Shown in pieces: positions 50,285 through 64,000 of a stretch of DNA of 64,000 nt. This DNA comes from Haliotis rubra. Lineage: Eukaryota. The notes beneath the pieces are model-generated. The model had not been told where the DNA came from and did no database searches. It saw only the letters and a program-made list of their open reading frames with translations. The stretch lies in the NCBI RefSeq assembly GCF_003918875.1, contig NW_025767176.1, positions 310,001 to 374,000 on the forward strand, read 5' to 3'. The translations under genes and the position numbers were made by a program. Each line of letters begins with the position of its first letter. Position 1 is the stretch's first letter.

Positions 50285-51000
50285 TAGTTGAGGTGGAAGG
50301 AAGTGGGGCTTGGTGACGTGAGGTCAGGTTCGTAAAAAGTGAGACGAGGTGAGGTTAAGATGATGAGGTACATGTGAGATACATAAGGTGAGGTGACATG
50401 ATGTACATGTGAGGTGACATGAGGTACATAAGGTGAGGTGACATGAGGTACATGTGAGGTGACATGAGGTACATAAGGTGAGGTGACATGAGGTACAGGT
50501 GAGGTGACATATGGTACATGTGAGGTACATGGGGTACATAATGTACATAAAGTGACATAAGGTACATAAAATGAGGTGACATGAGGTACATGAGTGAGGT
50601 GACATAGGTACATAAAATGAGGTGACATGAGGTACATAAGGTGAGGTGACATGATGGTACATGTGAGGTGACATAAGGTACATAAAATGAGGTGACATGA
50701 GGGTACATAAGGTGAGGTACATGTGAGGTGACATAAGGTACATAAAATGAGGTGACATGAGGTACATAAGAGTGAGGTGGACATGAGGTACATGGGTACA
50801 TAAAGTGAGGTGACATGAGGTACATGAGGTAAGGTGACATAAGGTACATAAGGTGAGGTGACCTGAGATACATGTTAGGTGAGTTGACATGAGGTAGATA
50901 AGGTGAGGTACATGTGAAGTCAGGTGACAAGTGGTACATATGAGGTGAGATGACATGAGGTCCATGTGAGATGAGGTGACACAAGGTACTTGTGTAGTGA
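50285..51000. repeat. Low-complexity minisatellite (GAGGTGACATGAGGTACATAAGGT-type, ~22-24 bp units)
   Basis: Seen directly; it explains three overlapping repetitive ORFs. Confidence 0.93.
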
Positions 51001-52575
51001 TTTGACAATCAGCTACAAACGATGTAATTCAATATATGATGCTATAAAATGTCATGTTTAATAGAAAACATCAAAACAAAAGTTGCACAATGTCTGATAA
51101 ATGACGCACGCTCTTATAATAATGTTATTGCCACATAAGCATAAAAAGGTGGGACCACAATGTTTGGGACGAGCGTATATACATAGCAAATACAATACAC
51201 AGGTTAAACTGGTTTTAGTCCTTGTGAGTGAATATGATCCTTAGACGCTTTTAGTTTTTTCCCCTGCAAAATCAGGAAAGGGCCATACAAAATGTGCTTC
51301 ACAGTCATGTGGCAAATCAGACCCATGTCTTCGGCGAGAAGAGCGTACGCTTTATCCATAAGGCCACCTCACCACCTGGATGTGATTTGAACAATGACGA
51401 ATGAGACGTGAAGGTACAGCACGATGTGCATACTAAAGTACTGTCCGAAATAGAAAAAACTGTTTTTAGGCTGTTACTCTGTATCCTTAAAATTTACAAA
51501 TTTACAAATAGCATATATCGAAATAACCCACATCGGCCTAACTGGGCATTCAGTGGGGTGCGTAATAGTATATCCAGAAAAGCATGTTTACTCGTAAAAT
51601 CGGGCAAAACCTAGAAAAAATACAAATAGCTGCTCAAAACAATAGATTGAACTATAGATGGCAATTAGGTCGCTCAGCCAGGTATGACGAGGGACCGTCG
51701 TCTCACCTGGCATGAAATGCACGTCTTGCCTACAAGCACAAGGGGCCATCTCAAAAGATATTTTAGGCTTTTTCATGTGTGTTGAATATGTCTCATCTAT
51801 TGATCATAAAGTTTATGTTGAGATACGTAAAAGGGTTTGATACCCATGGAAAAGCTTAAATCAACCATCGTATTAAAATGTCTCAAAATATATAGGTGGC
51901 ATGACCAGCCGAAGATCGACAGGACTGGATATTATTTGTAAATTGTTATGACATGCCGTTTGCTTCCCAGTTTAATTCCCCTAAAGGATTATCTTATCTC
52001 AGCTTATATCTCTACCCCCGAGCCCGACCCTAACCACCGTCTGCGACACCCGTCCTGGATTTGCTTTTGAGACGGCCCCTCCTACCTGTTTCTCTTTATA
52101 GTGATAGCGAGACTCCATGGCTGCTACATCCTTCATAGTTTCAGTATTAAAGTTAAAGTTTTACGTCAGCTATCGTTTATAATGAAGGTAAGTTTAATTT
52201 CAAAATGGACATTCTAAAATTGTCCTTTGTAATATAATATCATCGCACTATAATTTGCATAAAGTCATGGCCTGTTCCAAATAAGTCGCTTTGGACTTTC
52301 TGCACTAATCTCTTCTCAGTAAAGTCCTTTTTCTACGTTTCCTATCTCTCTACCACTGAGACTGTAGTTAGGTCGAACTTAGTTTAACAGATATTTCACA
52401 CTTACACATATTAACTACATAAATTGTAGATATCAATGCGAAAAACCCAATATTTTTCTATTTACGACAGTACTTTAAGATACAAACTACACGCAATGCG
52501 ATGTTAAAGACAGAAACAGAAAATGATAAATGATAAATGATTTACCCCACCGTTTCAGAGCAGCCCTTCTCAGCT

Positions 52576-52799
52576 GATTGATTGATTGATTTTTTTCCAG
52601 CTGTATGGCGGCAGTCTGTGTGTAATCGAGTCTGAATCAGAGAATCCAATGATCAGCAGCATGAGCATCGATCTACGCAAATGGGATACGATGACATGTG
52701 TCAATCAAGTCAACGAGCATGACTACCAAATCCAGTCAGTTGCCTCTTACGGCAACCATGGGTTGCTGAAGACCAATTCTAACCCGGATCTTCACGGGT
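52576..52799 (-). mobile_element. SINE-like family B, diverged
   Basis: Homology to family B. Confidence 0.8.
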
Positions 52800-52945
52800 T
52801 CTGAGAACAGACTGAGCAGAGGTAGTAGCATCGAAAGAACCGATAATATGATAGATACTACAATTGAATCTAAAAACTGAACAATGTAAAGATCACACGT
52901 CTATTGACACACGTCAGTTTATGATGTCTGGTGTCAATACTAAGT

Positions 52946-53191
52946 GAGTGAGTGAGTGAGTTTAGTTTTACGCCGCACTCAGCAATATTCCAGCTATATG
53001 GCGGCGGTCTGTAAATAATCGAGTCCGGACCAGACAATCCAGTGATCAACAGCATGAGCATGAGATATGCGAAATTGGGAACCGGTGACATGTGCCAACC
53101 ATGTCAGCGAGCCTGGCCACCCGATCCCGTTAGTCGCCTCTTACGACAAGCATGGGTTACAGAAGGCCAATATTCAACCCGGACCTTCACG
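52946..53191 (-). mobile_element. SINE-like family B, full length
   Basis: TSD GGTGTCAATACTAAGT (52930-52945, 53192-53207). Confidence 0.92.
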
Positions 53192-53734
53192 GGTGTCAAT
53201 ACTAAGTACTTGGTAAACATGACGGTATCAATGTCAGCTGTGAGAACCGGATCATCACACAATCATATCGATGAATGTTTGCCTTCACCTTCACACATGA
53301 AACATCACCATTAATTGATTGTGTGACACTCTTTGATGTGGTTTTAACCTCGGGCTGACAGCCAACATGGAATATCGTTTTCCGAGTATAGAGCGCAAGG
53401 CAAGAACAGTGGCACCTGCCGGTATATATATATATAATCACATCAACACGTTGATGTGAGGTCAGTCGAGAGATTGTGGCCGATCACTTTTGGAGAAAAA
53501 GGTTGCAGCTTGAATATGTAGCGATTGAAGCAAAGATGAAAACTATTTTCTTTTATCGTTGATCGGGAGTTATCTTGGGATGAAAGAGGAGCTGGGTACA
53601 GCTGAGCAGTGTTACCAGTGACAGCCTGGATAACGCATGAACAAATGGCAAAATATACTATTTAAAAAGGAGGTGATATTCAATAGAAAGGTGTCACAAC
53701 TATTCATTTTTGATATTTTTAATGTATCATCATC

Positions 53735-54135
53735 ATAATATATTTATATAGCGCCGAGTTCCAGCTAGGCTGCTCACCGGCGCTTTTTTTTTTATAGGAT
53801 GTCAGTCTCAACGGCACATCTTATGATCAATCTCAACTCCCTGGGGATCATACAACTCTTGCAACCACTAGGCGCACAGAGTTATTGCGGCTTTCCCATC
53901 CGTACGAGGTACCCATTCGCAGTTTGGTGGACTGGGACACATAGTCACAGTACTTTGTCCAAGTTTACTGCACGTTGCTGTACCCGCAACTAGGTGTTTG
54001 CACGTAGTCATGTGGCCACCATCTGGTCATATACCAACGGATTCGTGGGTTCTTGCACGGGGTTGTGTACTGTACACTAGGGGTTGTGACAACACTGAAA
54101 GAGTCTGCACACAAAGTTGACTCCAAGGTTTTTAC
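53735..54135 (-). mobile_element. SINE family D, 5'-truncated
   Basis: Homologous to 26413-26830. Confidence 0.82.
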
Positions 54136-54399
54136 AGTGTATCAGGGACATCTGACTGAGATTTGCATTAGTCGTTGTACAGCAGATGACCGTAGATTTG
54201 GCTAGATGTTTGACCAAAGCGACCTCATTTACCACGAAAAGTCAAACTCATTAATATCGCACAAAACGCCTCTATTCTCAAGCCAACCACGGATTCGACG
54301 AGGCATACTCATTTCACCCATAACTCAGATCAAACGTTCAATGTCAACTTGGTTCATCTCATCCCATTCTGCAGGGCAGCTCCGAGTTCGTGAAGAGTG

Positions 54400-54800
54400 G
54401 TCGGTTAGTGTTGACGATGACGTACGCCTGTCCAGGCACGTTCAATATTTGGTGGTTCTCTGACAAGTTGACACAGTAAGCTGGCTACGGTCTGCTGTTA
54501 GAGGTACGCAGTAACTATTCGAGCCCTGTGTGCTCTTGCGTTGCAACTGGCACCACGTGTGCATCCAGGGTGTTGTCACGGTAGTACTGTCCAGTCCTAG
54601 TGATCACACCTCACGCCCTTACTGAGATTACATTACGATCGTTCCGTCTAACGTAAACGGCATGCAAACGTTCGTTCAGCCTTCGCCTTACTCTGCTGGG
54701 CCTGTCTAGTAAACCTTGATTCATCCAAAAACATAACGTTTGTCCAATGACAATTTGCTCAGAGATGGCGCTCTTGACATCAACGACGTCCTGCAGTAAT
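54400..54800 (-). mobile_element. Degraded Tc1-like transposase remnant
   Basis: Minus-strand WTNVMFLDESRF motif near 54710-54750. Confidence 0.55.
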
Positions 54801-54805
54801 GAAGT

Positions 54806-55212
54806 GCAATTGTTGAGTCTCCGATAGCAATCAATCGATGGTAGAAAAGAAAAATTATCAATGCATCGATAGTATGTGTGACCATCGACAGTTTAGTAAT
54901 TCACTTCAGTTGATAAAATACAGGATGTCTGGGTTCAGACTTGCAGCTTCATTTAGTGTATGTTTTAACTGTATACTTGGTATGGGTTTCACGTTTCTTG
55001 TCAGTTATTAAAAAAGACTGAAACTACTTCAACTTGCTTCTATTTCATATAAACTATACATGCATTTGCGAAATGGCTTCAAATGAGACAATTCAAGGAG
55101 AAAACACAACTATAGCAATAGTTGGTCGCAATAGACTATCGCTATCGCAATAGTATGTTGCAAAAGACTATCGCTATCGCAACAGTTGTTTTTGCCTTAA
55201 TAGTAGCCCCAA
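54806..55212. mobile_element. MITE-like element (partial copy of 59671-60232)
   Basis: ~400-bp homology to 59706-60232. Confidence 0.75.
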
Positions 55213-55509
55213 CCTATCACACAATCCTCGAATTCTCTAGTAGTAGCTTCGTCTCACTACGATCCCCCAGAACATTCCAAGAATGCCGAAGACCGGAAGC
55301 AGCTAACAACCAAAGTGAGGCAACTCTCAGCGCAGCTCTTGCTGTCAACAGACGGAATTACATAGTCTCAGCTCAAGAGTTCAAATCACACTCAGCGCTT
55401 TACACTTTTGAGATGAAAATGAAAAGTTAATCAATGCGACATCTCAACAAAAACACACCCTCATAACACGGAATCCGTGTACAATCATACAACTTGGTTC
55501 CCAAATAAT

Positions 55510-56330
55510 ATCAATCGATCTTTATTCGGTACTTAAAGGCAACAGGCCTATAGTACATTTTTATACACAATATTTACAACTGAGCAGCAGCAAAGCACAT
55601 GTCAAATATTTACAGATTACAAATTTAAAGCCGGTTTTCTATGTATAAATGCAAAATAGATATACATTGACAGGTTCTGTAATGCAATAGTAGTTTTCAT
55701 TTGTTAATAATATAGTCATTTTTATTTCATTTGGATGGGTATAATAGTAAGATGTTAAATATGTCTTTCTAAGGTTTTCATAGGCGGGGCAGATAAAAAG
55801 AAAATGGTATTCGTCTTCAACCGCATTAACGTTGCAGAGGTTGCGAATTCTATGGTTAAGCGGAATATTCATGTAACGCCCAGTTTCAACAAACAAGTCG
55901 TGTGATGAGCAGCGAAAACAGGATAAAGCTACACGGAATTTATTTACAATGATTTTTGGTAAATAATATTATTGGCATAGTTCAGATTTCCAATGTCCAT
56001 AACCATATCCCGTTTTGAATAAAAATCCCCTAACATTAGTTACCCAAATTCTTTTCCCAATTTTATCATATACTATCATCATATTATAACACTTCTTCGG
56101 AAATCTATGACATTGCATAGTTAACAATCGTAACCAGTACTTTATAACTTTAATAGTAGAATATATGTATAATGGAAATCTACACACATGTGCTAGATTT
56201 CACACCGAGATATTTTTTACATGAATATATAAATGGACTTTTTCTATAGATGCATAATTATTCAAACCCGATATTTCTGATCCATATAAGAGTATTTGGC
56301 GTACTTTAACATCACCGAAAAATGGAATAT
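55510..56330 (-). mobile_element. Non-LTR retrotransposon 3' fragment
   Basis: GRFPL....IKYWLRLL and FRCSSH.L.VETGRY....R..C....VEDEYHFLF.CP.Y..LR motifs. Confidence 0.85.
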
Positions 56331-56984
56331 TCCAAACTTCTTTTAACAGTTTGCAGTTACATGAGCGCGTTATGCCACAAAACTCACATAAAATAAAACA
56401 AAAACTTGATGTTGCTTCAGCTGTGCAGGTTTCATACGTTAACCAATTTGGTGAAATTTGGGATCTGAACCACGAACGTAGGTGTTTTGCATGTCAAAGG
56501 GACGCAACTCTCCACATTGATGCTCGACGCCATAGACAAGAAGGCCATCTTGCCCTCAAGGTGAAAGAGAATCTATGGAAGTGTATTGATGTTTTCAGTA
56601 TTCAATCCCTAACAAGCCGAATTCACAAATACAATCTCAAAGTTCGTCGGGTCATATATTTCGCATGTAAATATGAGACCAGCTAGATATGTGTCTGCTG
56701 AAAGTTTCAAAGTTGACAGGTAAGAGAAATACACTTTTAAATACGCCTAGAAGACATGGACGCAGCAGTATATCAACCCAAGGTAAATTGAGGACATACA
56801 TGTTGCGATATTTCGACACAACCGTATGCTGCTGAAGATGCTTAATATGCCCCGGTTAATGGCTATTCATCCTTGACGCTTACAATAGGTCAAATGATAT
56901 GCCACATATTGCTCGGAAGGCCGTGATATGACAAAAGGACCTTTACAACTCAAAATGCCACATTCAAACTCTAATCCATTCGTG

Positions 56985-57526
56985 ATGGATGTTCTGTAGA
57001 AATTCAGCTTGGTTATGCTTCCCGATTATCTCTCAGTTATGAGCAAATTCCTGAACATTTGCTGCGTTTAGAAATTATATAGACGTAATGTACTTAGAGG
57101 TTCCTCGCCATATCCCACTCCCTTATCATTCCCCACCGTTATTACTGGCTGTTGTCTGACCAAAATGGAATACCACTATTACTTATATCTAGGTATATTA
57201 GCTCCTGTAATACTACATAAAAGGAGAATTATATTACAGCTTGTAATTAAAGACAATAAGATAATAGGATGAACGAGATACAAATGCCAATGAAGACATA
57301 TTGAAATGAGTAATTGAATTGAATACAATCACAAGAACAGGCTAGTATACCTATATAAGAATCCCAGTGTCCATTTTGGGATAAAAGGATGAAGAAAGAA
57401 ACGAAAACTACTAATAACCATAGAGATTCTATGAAATAAGCTAACATTAAACAGAGATGAGTTCACTCACAGAGGCTTAACATGTAGTATGTCAGCACTG
57501 GTTTGTCGTGACAATCAGTTCCGAAG
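56985..57526 (+). repeat. Direct repeat copy 1 (~545 bp)
   Basis: Near-identical to 63457-64000. Confidence 0.95.
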
Positions 57527-57747
57527 TTGGGGACTGAGAGTATATGTTCATGTCTTCAAAAACACTAATGTCAAGGGACTAATTAAAGAATGGTAAGATG
57601 ATAAATGTCTACAAACGTTATATTATATAGTCCATATGAAGTAATAAACCTTTTGGAAAGAACATTTTTGTAAAATGATTAAATTTGAAAGAAATGACAA
57701 ATGAGATCTAGGCAATGTGAAACCAAAAACCATCTTATTACATCATA

Positions 57748-59193
57748 TACTTTCCCAAAAAAGAAACGCATATAGGAATTTCAACTGTATTTTTATGTTT
57801 ATTCTGAAAAATCTTGTAGGCTTTATGAGGCAATGAAATATAGCGAAATTGCACACTGGGAATGCAGACTTATCCGTCTTTGGCACCAACTCGAGGAGAG
57901 TCAGTTTGAGTGTCACATGGAGACGTGTGGTGGCGCTGAAGTCAATACCTCGTGTGACCACCGTGGGCATCCAGAACTGCACGGCATCGCCTCGGCATCG
58001 AACGAATAAATCTCAGAATCTCGTGTTGCCCAATCCCAGCCCACTCTGCCTGTAGTGCCTGTGCGAGTTGCTGAAGTGTCTGGGGCTGAGGGTTACGGCG
58101 TCGCACCCGTCTGTCCAGGGCATCCCACAGATGTTCGATCGGGTTTAAGTCCGGTGATCTTGAGGGCCAGGGGAGCACATTGATGTTGTGGTTCTGGAGG
58201 AAGTCTCTAGTGTGACGCTCTTTGTGGGGCCTGGCATTGTCCTGTTGAACTAATTCCTCTGGCGATCAATGATTGGAAAGAGGTTGTGGGCGTAGGATAT
58301 CGTCACAGTACCGTTGAGCTGTCAGGTTGCCTGGGGAACGCAAGCGTCGGAGAAACATTCACGTCGACGTTTGTACACCCGCATTCTTCCATCGCGTCAT
58401 TCCAAAAGAAATCGTGATTCATCAGTGAACCAGATTCTACGCCAATTCGGTAGGTTCCAGGCCTGAACGTTGGTGCACCATTGAACTCGATGTCGACGAT
58501 GTTGTTGTCGAAGTACAGAGCCAAAATAAGGTCTTCTGGCACGTAAACCAGCCTCTCTCAACCTGTTCCTGACGCTCTGCGCAGAAAGCCTCCTCAATTC
58601 GGGTATTTGTCGAGCGGTACTGGTCGCCGTAGCTGTTCGATGACGCAGGTGATGTACCCGGATGTAGCGATCCTGCGCCGCAGTGGTCGTTCGAGGTCGC
58701 CCACTACGAGGGGCATCTGCTAGCGCATTCTGCCGGCGATATCTCTTCCAGAGCCGTGAAATGGTGCTTTGGTGAACATTCATGCGTCGGGCAACTGTAC
58801 GTTGAGACTGGCCAGCTTCAAGCAAACCAATGGCGATATGACGGTTGGTTTCACTTAGACGTGTCATTTTGCGTTCGTCAACAATATTCCAAATACAGTG
58901 AATAATCGACAGACAGCGATCAACCTTTTTTACCCATCATTGAGACTATCTGATCCCCAACTTTCACGTGCATTGCATGTAAATTGTGTATTCTGTGACA
59001 CTAAACGCTGAAATTGAAAATCATGCTGTTAAATACGGGTATTTTCGGATGGTGCGTTTTGTTGTGATGTTACAAAACATAAACACCATAGGACTCATAA
59101 ACAGAGCAAAACCGTTTGTAAAATGAATCACGTTTTAATTCATTGCTACATGAAATTGCTATTTTCATGATGCGTTTCTTTTTTGGGAGAGTA
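57748..59193 (-). mobile_element. Tc1/mariner DNA transposon with inactivated DD34E-type transposase (58867-57942)
   Basis: TIRs TACT(T/C)TCCCAAAAA(A)GAAACGCAT and TA TSD. HTH with GRPR; WFTDESRF, QQDNA and SPDLNPIEHLW motifs; frameshifts plus an internal deletion. Confidence 0.95.
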
Positions 59194-59670
59194 TATATAG
59201 ACACGTGATGATGAATCTCATGTTGCTGGAGACTGTTTGCATGGGTCTGTAGGTCTTTGGGTAGTCACCTAATCAGCAGATAACTGAACAAAACCTGCCA
59301 GCGTTGATAGTACGCTTACATTAGATGACATACAAAAACCAGTGTCAAAGTCTATATGAGACTACTCACATTCCGAGTGGATGTATGCCAATTTCAATAT
59401 GACCATCCCAGTGGGGAAATCAGCCGTATCAGTAATATTATAAACAATAATCACATGCATAAAATCTGCTGGCAAGAAAATACAATCATATGTATAAGCA
59501 TTGGATGAAACACAAGTTCTATATGCCAGACAAGAATCGTTGTGTATGTGACATGTTATACTCCTTGTTAAAAATATTGTCACAAATATGCAGCCTCACA
59601 CACAGGATATACTTCATCGAGAAAATACGTATACCATATAGATAAAGCATCTACAGAGATACATGTCTGT

Positions 59671-60232
59671 TAGGGCTGTAACGATGCATCGAACTATCGA
59701 AGGATTGCAATTGTTGAGTCTCCGATAGCATTTCTTTGACTGGCATTCTAGAAGTTGGGTAGATGAAGAATGAAAGCGACAACGACATTAGAATCTATGT
59801 CGAAACGTCGCCTATACAGAATAAAGGAGTTGTATATCCATAAAAATAGTCCTCATTCTTCTTCGATAGCAATTAATCGATGGTAGAAACGTACAACTGT
59901 CGATGCATCGATAGTATGTGTGACTATAGATAGCTAAGTAATTGACTTCTGTAGATAAATGTGCAGCGCAAAATAGAGGATGTTTCGGTGCAGACTTGCA
60001 GCTTCATTGAGTGTATGTTTTAACTGTTTACTTGATCTGGGTTCAATTTTCTTGTCAGTTATTGAAAGAAACTGAAACTACTTCAACTTGCTTCTATTTC
60101 ATATAAACTGTACATGCATTGGGGAAATGACTTCAAATGAGACAATTCAAGGAGAAATAAACTATAGCAATAGTTGGTCGCAAGAGACTATAGCTATCGC
60201 AATAGTTGTTTCCCCCTCAATAGTCATCCCTA
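59671..60232. mobile_element. MITE-like element (TAGGG termini) with a ~130-bp nested insertion at 59731-59863
   Basis: TAGGGCTG...CATCCCTA ends. The insert is flanked by a CGATAGCA direct repeat and is absent from the 54806 copy. Confidence 0.75.
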
Positions 60233-60239
60233 AATTTCA

Positions 60240-61015
60240 ATATGAACATGACAGTGTGCTTCATATAACTCATCGGGGAAACACATGGGGGAACACAGCT
60301 CAGACCTACTAATGGCTGTTTGAATGGCGTACACTCCTTTGACGACACCATTTGAATGCATGATCTTCACTTTGTACAAATATAGGGACGTAACGGCAAG
60401 ATGATGCAAACTCACACGTTGCACGAATTGTAACAGACATTTTGAATCTAGTCGCTAATGCAGTGCAAACATAACTCATGTCTAAAATAAGATATTTCTG
60501 TCTAAAAGGACAACAAAATCAGCCAGGGTTTTCTTGGTAGTGTTTCTATTTTCATTGCGGGTAATCACCTCATCAATATCAGTTTCTGATACCTGAAGGA
60601 ATCGATTCGTCGTTGTGATCGATAGATCGAAATCCTTGGTTGGTACCGTTCTTAGACGATAGCCTGTCACTCGTGCCTCATAATCTGTATCTTCAAGTTG
60701 AACGAAGTTCTCCGTTTTATGCTTTCCAAAGTCAATTACTGCAGTAACGACTCCAGAACCTCTGCCATCAATTCTACAGAATCACCAATTTTGATAATGG
60801 GGGCAGCCATGTTTGTTTACAAACTCGTCGACGCAACGTAAACTCGCGACGACGTCATCAATGAAATGTTAACGTTTTAGAATTCGCACGGCATGTATGG
60901 AGTTTTGATAAGTAGTTCGTTGATTGACGTAATTTGCATAGTTATCAGATTTAGATACCGAGTTTATCAGATTGCTTTATTACACCGATAACACCCTCCA
61001 TTAGATGATAAATAC
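60240..61015 (-). mobile_element. Possible Crypton/DUF3504-like remnant
   Basis: RF..VSE.DIDE.....EN.NT.KKT resembles the N-terminus of Crypton-type tyrosine-recombinase ORFs. Heavily deleted. Confidence 0.4.
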
Positions 61016-62109
61016 AAGTATTAGGGACTGTAATTGTGGGGATATTGTCTCTTCAAATACAGAACTCGGCAACACAAGACTTCTAAACATATGATTACAT
61101 TAGTGCAGCAACGGCCAGGCGGCATCTCAGAGACGATCGTCAGTTCCCCTGCCCAGAAGCTGTTCGAGAGTCCAGTCACTCTTACACGAAGAAATCAACA
61201 TATATACTGACTGCCAGGCAGCCCTCCATCGTATTGTGGTACTATATCGTCAGCCTACATTATCCAGCACCTCATTTACAATGTTTTACTTCGGTGACCA
61301 ACCGGCCATGCTATACGGGTAATTACACGCAGCTGACCTGCTCATGGCTGAGCTGATGGCCATGCTATTATAATAGTCAAGCAGCCGTTATATCATATCT
61401 TTGCAGCACTGTGAAGCTGTAGATATACGACGTTATCATGGAGAATATACAAACATATATAAACTCTATGTTAAAACCCATATTCCGCCAAAGTACATAC
61501 GCTATAAGTATTCAAGAGCAAATCAATTGTTTACATTAAAAAATTTGTAAACAAACAAATCAAATCCAAATAAGGAATTGCGTTGGACATTATAGTGGTC
61601 AATGGTACGTCAAATTTCGAAACGTCTTCAACAAGTCTACAACAAAACATTTTAGAAGCCGTATAAAACATTGACTGTTGCAACCCTTTCTAAAAAACTT
61701 CGAGAAGGACCGAATGGCGACCTTTAGAATCATCGAAGAAAAAACATTGTTAGTTGTTTCTCAAAAGCTGGAACTGCTGGACGCGAAGTTACAAGGAAAT
61801 GTTATATTTTAAAGTTGAATCCCTCTTCGTATCGTAAAAATATTCCACACTGAATCTTATATATCTATATAAACAGATCAGGTCAGTGCAAATCAGTGGA
61901 AGGGAATTCTCCATTTCACCGTTAGTAACTTAGCTTATCGATATCCCTGAAGCTTAATGTAACATTCCAGCCAACTTTCTCTGTTTTGATTTTTCCCATC
62001 AGAGCAGAAATTCCTATCAAATCACACGCTGGCCACACTGAATAACACCTCGGTTTGACACCACATCGAGGTGGTTCTATTGGATGTGTCCAAGCAACTG
62101 CAGAATGTT

Positions 62110-62215
62110 AATTGTTGATCACTGGATTGTCTAGTCCAGACTTGATTATTTACAGATCGCCGCCATATAGCTGGAATACTGCTGAGTGCGGCGTTAAACA
62201 ACAAACAACAACAAA
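62110..62215 (+). mobile_element. SINE-like family B 3' fragment
   Basis: Homology to family B; (CAAA)n tail. Confidence 0.78.
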
Positions 62216-62874
62216 TCTTAATGTTCATAAAATACCAATCATTTTTTACAATCGCATTCTGTATGAAAGAAATAAAAAAATGACAAAATTGCATGTTTCT
62301 TCTTAGTTTCGACAGATAGGGATTAGTTAGGGATTCGTTCTGATAGGAAATGTCCGATTCGTAGAGTGGCACCAGAACCAGCATTGCAGTTATTCACTTA
62401 CTTAACGAAGATTGAAGATCAGAAATCCATGCTTGTCGTAAGATGTGATCAGGGGCAGGCTGTCAGACTTGATTGATTTCATCGTTCCCAGTTTTGTAGA
62501 TAGATGTATATGAGGCCAGTCAATTCATTGTCTCATCTCGATTATTATTCATATACGTCTTATAGCTAGAACACTGCTGAGTGTCGTGTTAAACAACAAA
62601 CAAACGCTCACGTAACTAGTTGCCAATGGATTATAAAACGTCATAAAACGAAAACAAGAACTGAAGATTTCATAACGATAAGTGATCGATAACTAATGCA
62701 ATGTGTTGTAGATACACTCGCAAAGTATTTAAGCTCATCTATCACAAGAAACACATGATAGGTCTGAACACTGAAACTAACCAACACGTTATATGCATTC
62801 AGGAACGATTGGTTAGTTTGCTTTAGATACAAATTGTTGGAAAATCAATATACGTATGTGCGGAGTTCTAATGT

Positions 62875-63456
62875 ACATTATGGATAAGAACATCGGTTAT
62901 GTACAACGGATAATTACATTGATTATGTGTGTTGGATAAGTACATTGGTTACATGTGTGTGTTTTGAATAATTACATTGGTTACGTGTTTTGGATAAGTA
63001 CATTGGTTACGTGTGTTGGATAAGTACATTGGTTATGTGTGTAGGATAAGTACATTGGTTACGTCTGTTGGGTAAGTACATTGGTTATTTGTGTTGGATA
63101 AGTACATTGGTTACGTGTGTTGAATAGGAACATTGGTTTCGTGTGTTCGGTAAATACATTGGTTACGTGTGTTAGGAAAGTACATTGGTTACGTGTGTTG
63201 GATAGGTACATTGATTATGTGTGGTGGATAAGTACATTGGTTACATGTGTGTGTTTTGAATAATTACATTGGTTACGTGTTTTGGATAAGTACATTGGTT
63301 ACGTGTGTTGGATAAGTACATTGGTTATGTGTGTAGGATAAGTACATTGGTTACGTGTGTTGGGTAAGTACACTGGTTACATGTGTTAGGAAAGTACATT
63401 GGTTATTCATGATGAATAAGTACATTGCTTATGTACAGTGGATAAGTACATTTGTT
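62875..63456. repeat. 26-bp tandem minisatellite, ~22 copies
   Basis: Unit TGGATAAGTACATTGGTTACGTGTGT. Confidence 0.95.
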
Positions 63457-64000
63457 ATGGATGTTCTGTAGAAATTCAGCTTGGTTATGCTTCCCGATTA
63501 TCTCTCAGTTATGAGCAAATTCCTGAACATTTGCTACGTTTAGAAATTATATAGACGTAATGTACTTAGAGGTTCCTCGCCATATCCCACTCCCTTATCA
63601 TTCCCCACCGTTATTACTGGCTGTTGTCTGACCAAAATGGAATACCACTATTACTTATATCTAGGTATATTAGCTCCTGTAATACTACATAAAAGGAGAA
63701 TTATATTACAGCTTGTAATTAAAGACAATAAGATAATAGGATGAACGAGATACAAATGCCAATGAAGACATATTGAAAAGAGTAATTGAATTGAATACAA
63801 TCACAAGAACAGGCTAGTATACCTATATAAGAATCCCAGTGTCCATTTTGGGATAAAAGGATGAAGAAAGAAACGAAAACTACTAATAACCATATAGAGA
63901 TTCTATGAAATAAGCCAACATTAAACAGAGATGAGTTCATTCACAGAGGCTTAACATGTAGTATGTCAGCACTGGTTTGTCGTGACAATCAGTTCCGAAG
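63457..64000 (+). repeat. Direct repeat copy 2 (runs off window end)
   Basis: Near-identical to 56985-57526. Confidence 0.95.

Noticed and set aside
50284-51008. Three long overlapping His/Cys/Met-rich ORFs
   Set aside because: They are translations of a stop-poor minisatellite in all three minus frames.
56985-64000. LTR retrotransposon interpretation of the direct repeats
   Set aside because: No PBS/PPT or gag-pol recognised; the interior is Tc1, MITE and other debris.

Overview
AT-rich, repeat-dense eukaryotic genomic DNA with two N-gaps. It is most likely a gastropod mollusc; the SINE repertoire is abalone (Haliotis)-like, which is an inference. The main content is a convergent (tail-to-tail) pair of spliced neuropeptide precursor genes that the ORF track only partly captures. 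Gene 1 (+, CDS exons 15984-16201, 16686-16777, 22796-22845; 119 aa) and gene 2 (-, CDS exons 35827-35616, 34270-34179, 33316-33255; 121 aa) share intron phases and a 92-nt middle exon. Both end in the allatotropin/orexin-precursor-type C-terminal domain, here with a canonical EF-hand loop (DxNGDGLVxxxE). They encode divergent allatotropin-like amidated peptides (SSTLDRMPLHYa, IPSRSLRSVLDRMSVGYa, STIFDRMGRFYa) that lack the usual GF[R/K] start. About 4 kb upstream of gene 2 is a third, unrelated precursor-like exon (KR-QPTVGRSLTN-GKR / QPPVGHSWKK-GKR) that appears disrupted by a 126-bp internal duplication. The rest is SINEs (four families), LINE fragments (I/Nimb-like, L2/CR1-like, R4/Dong-like, Penelope-like), Tc1/mariner and MITE elements, several satellites, and a ~545-bp direct duplication that runs off the window end.
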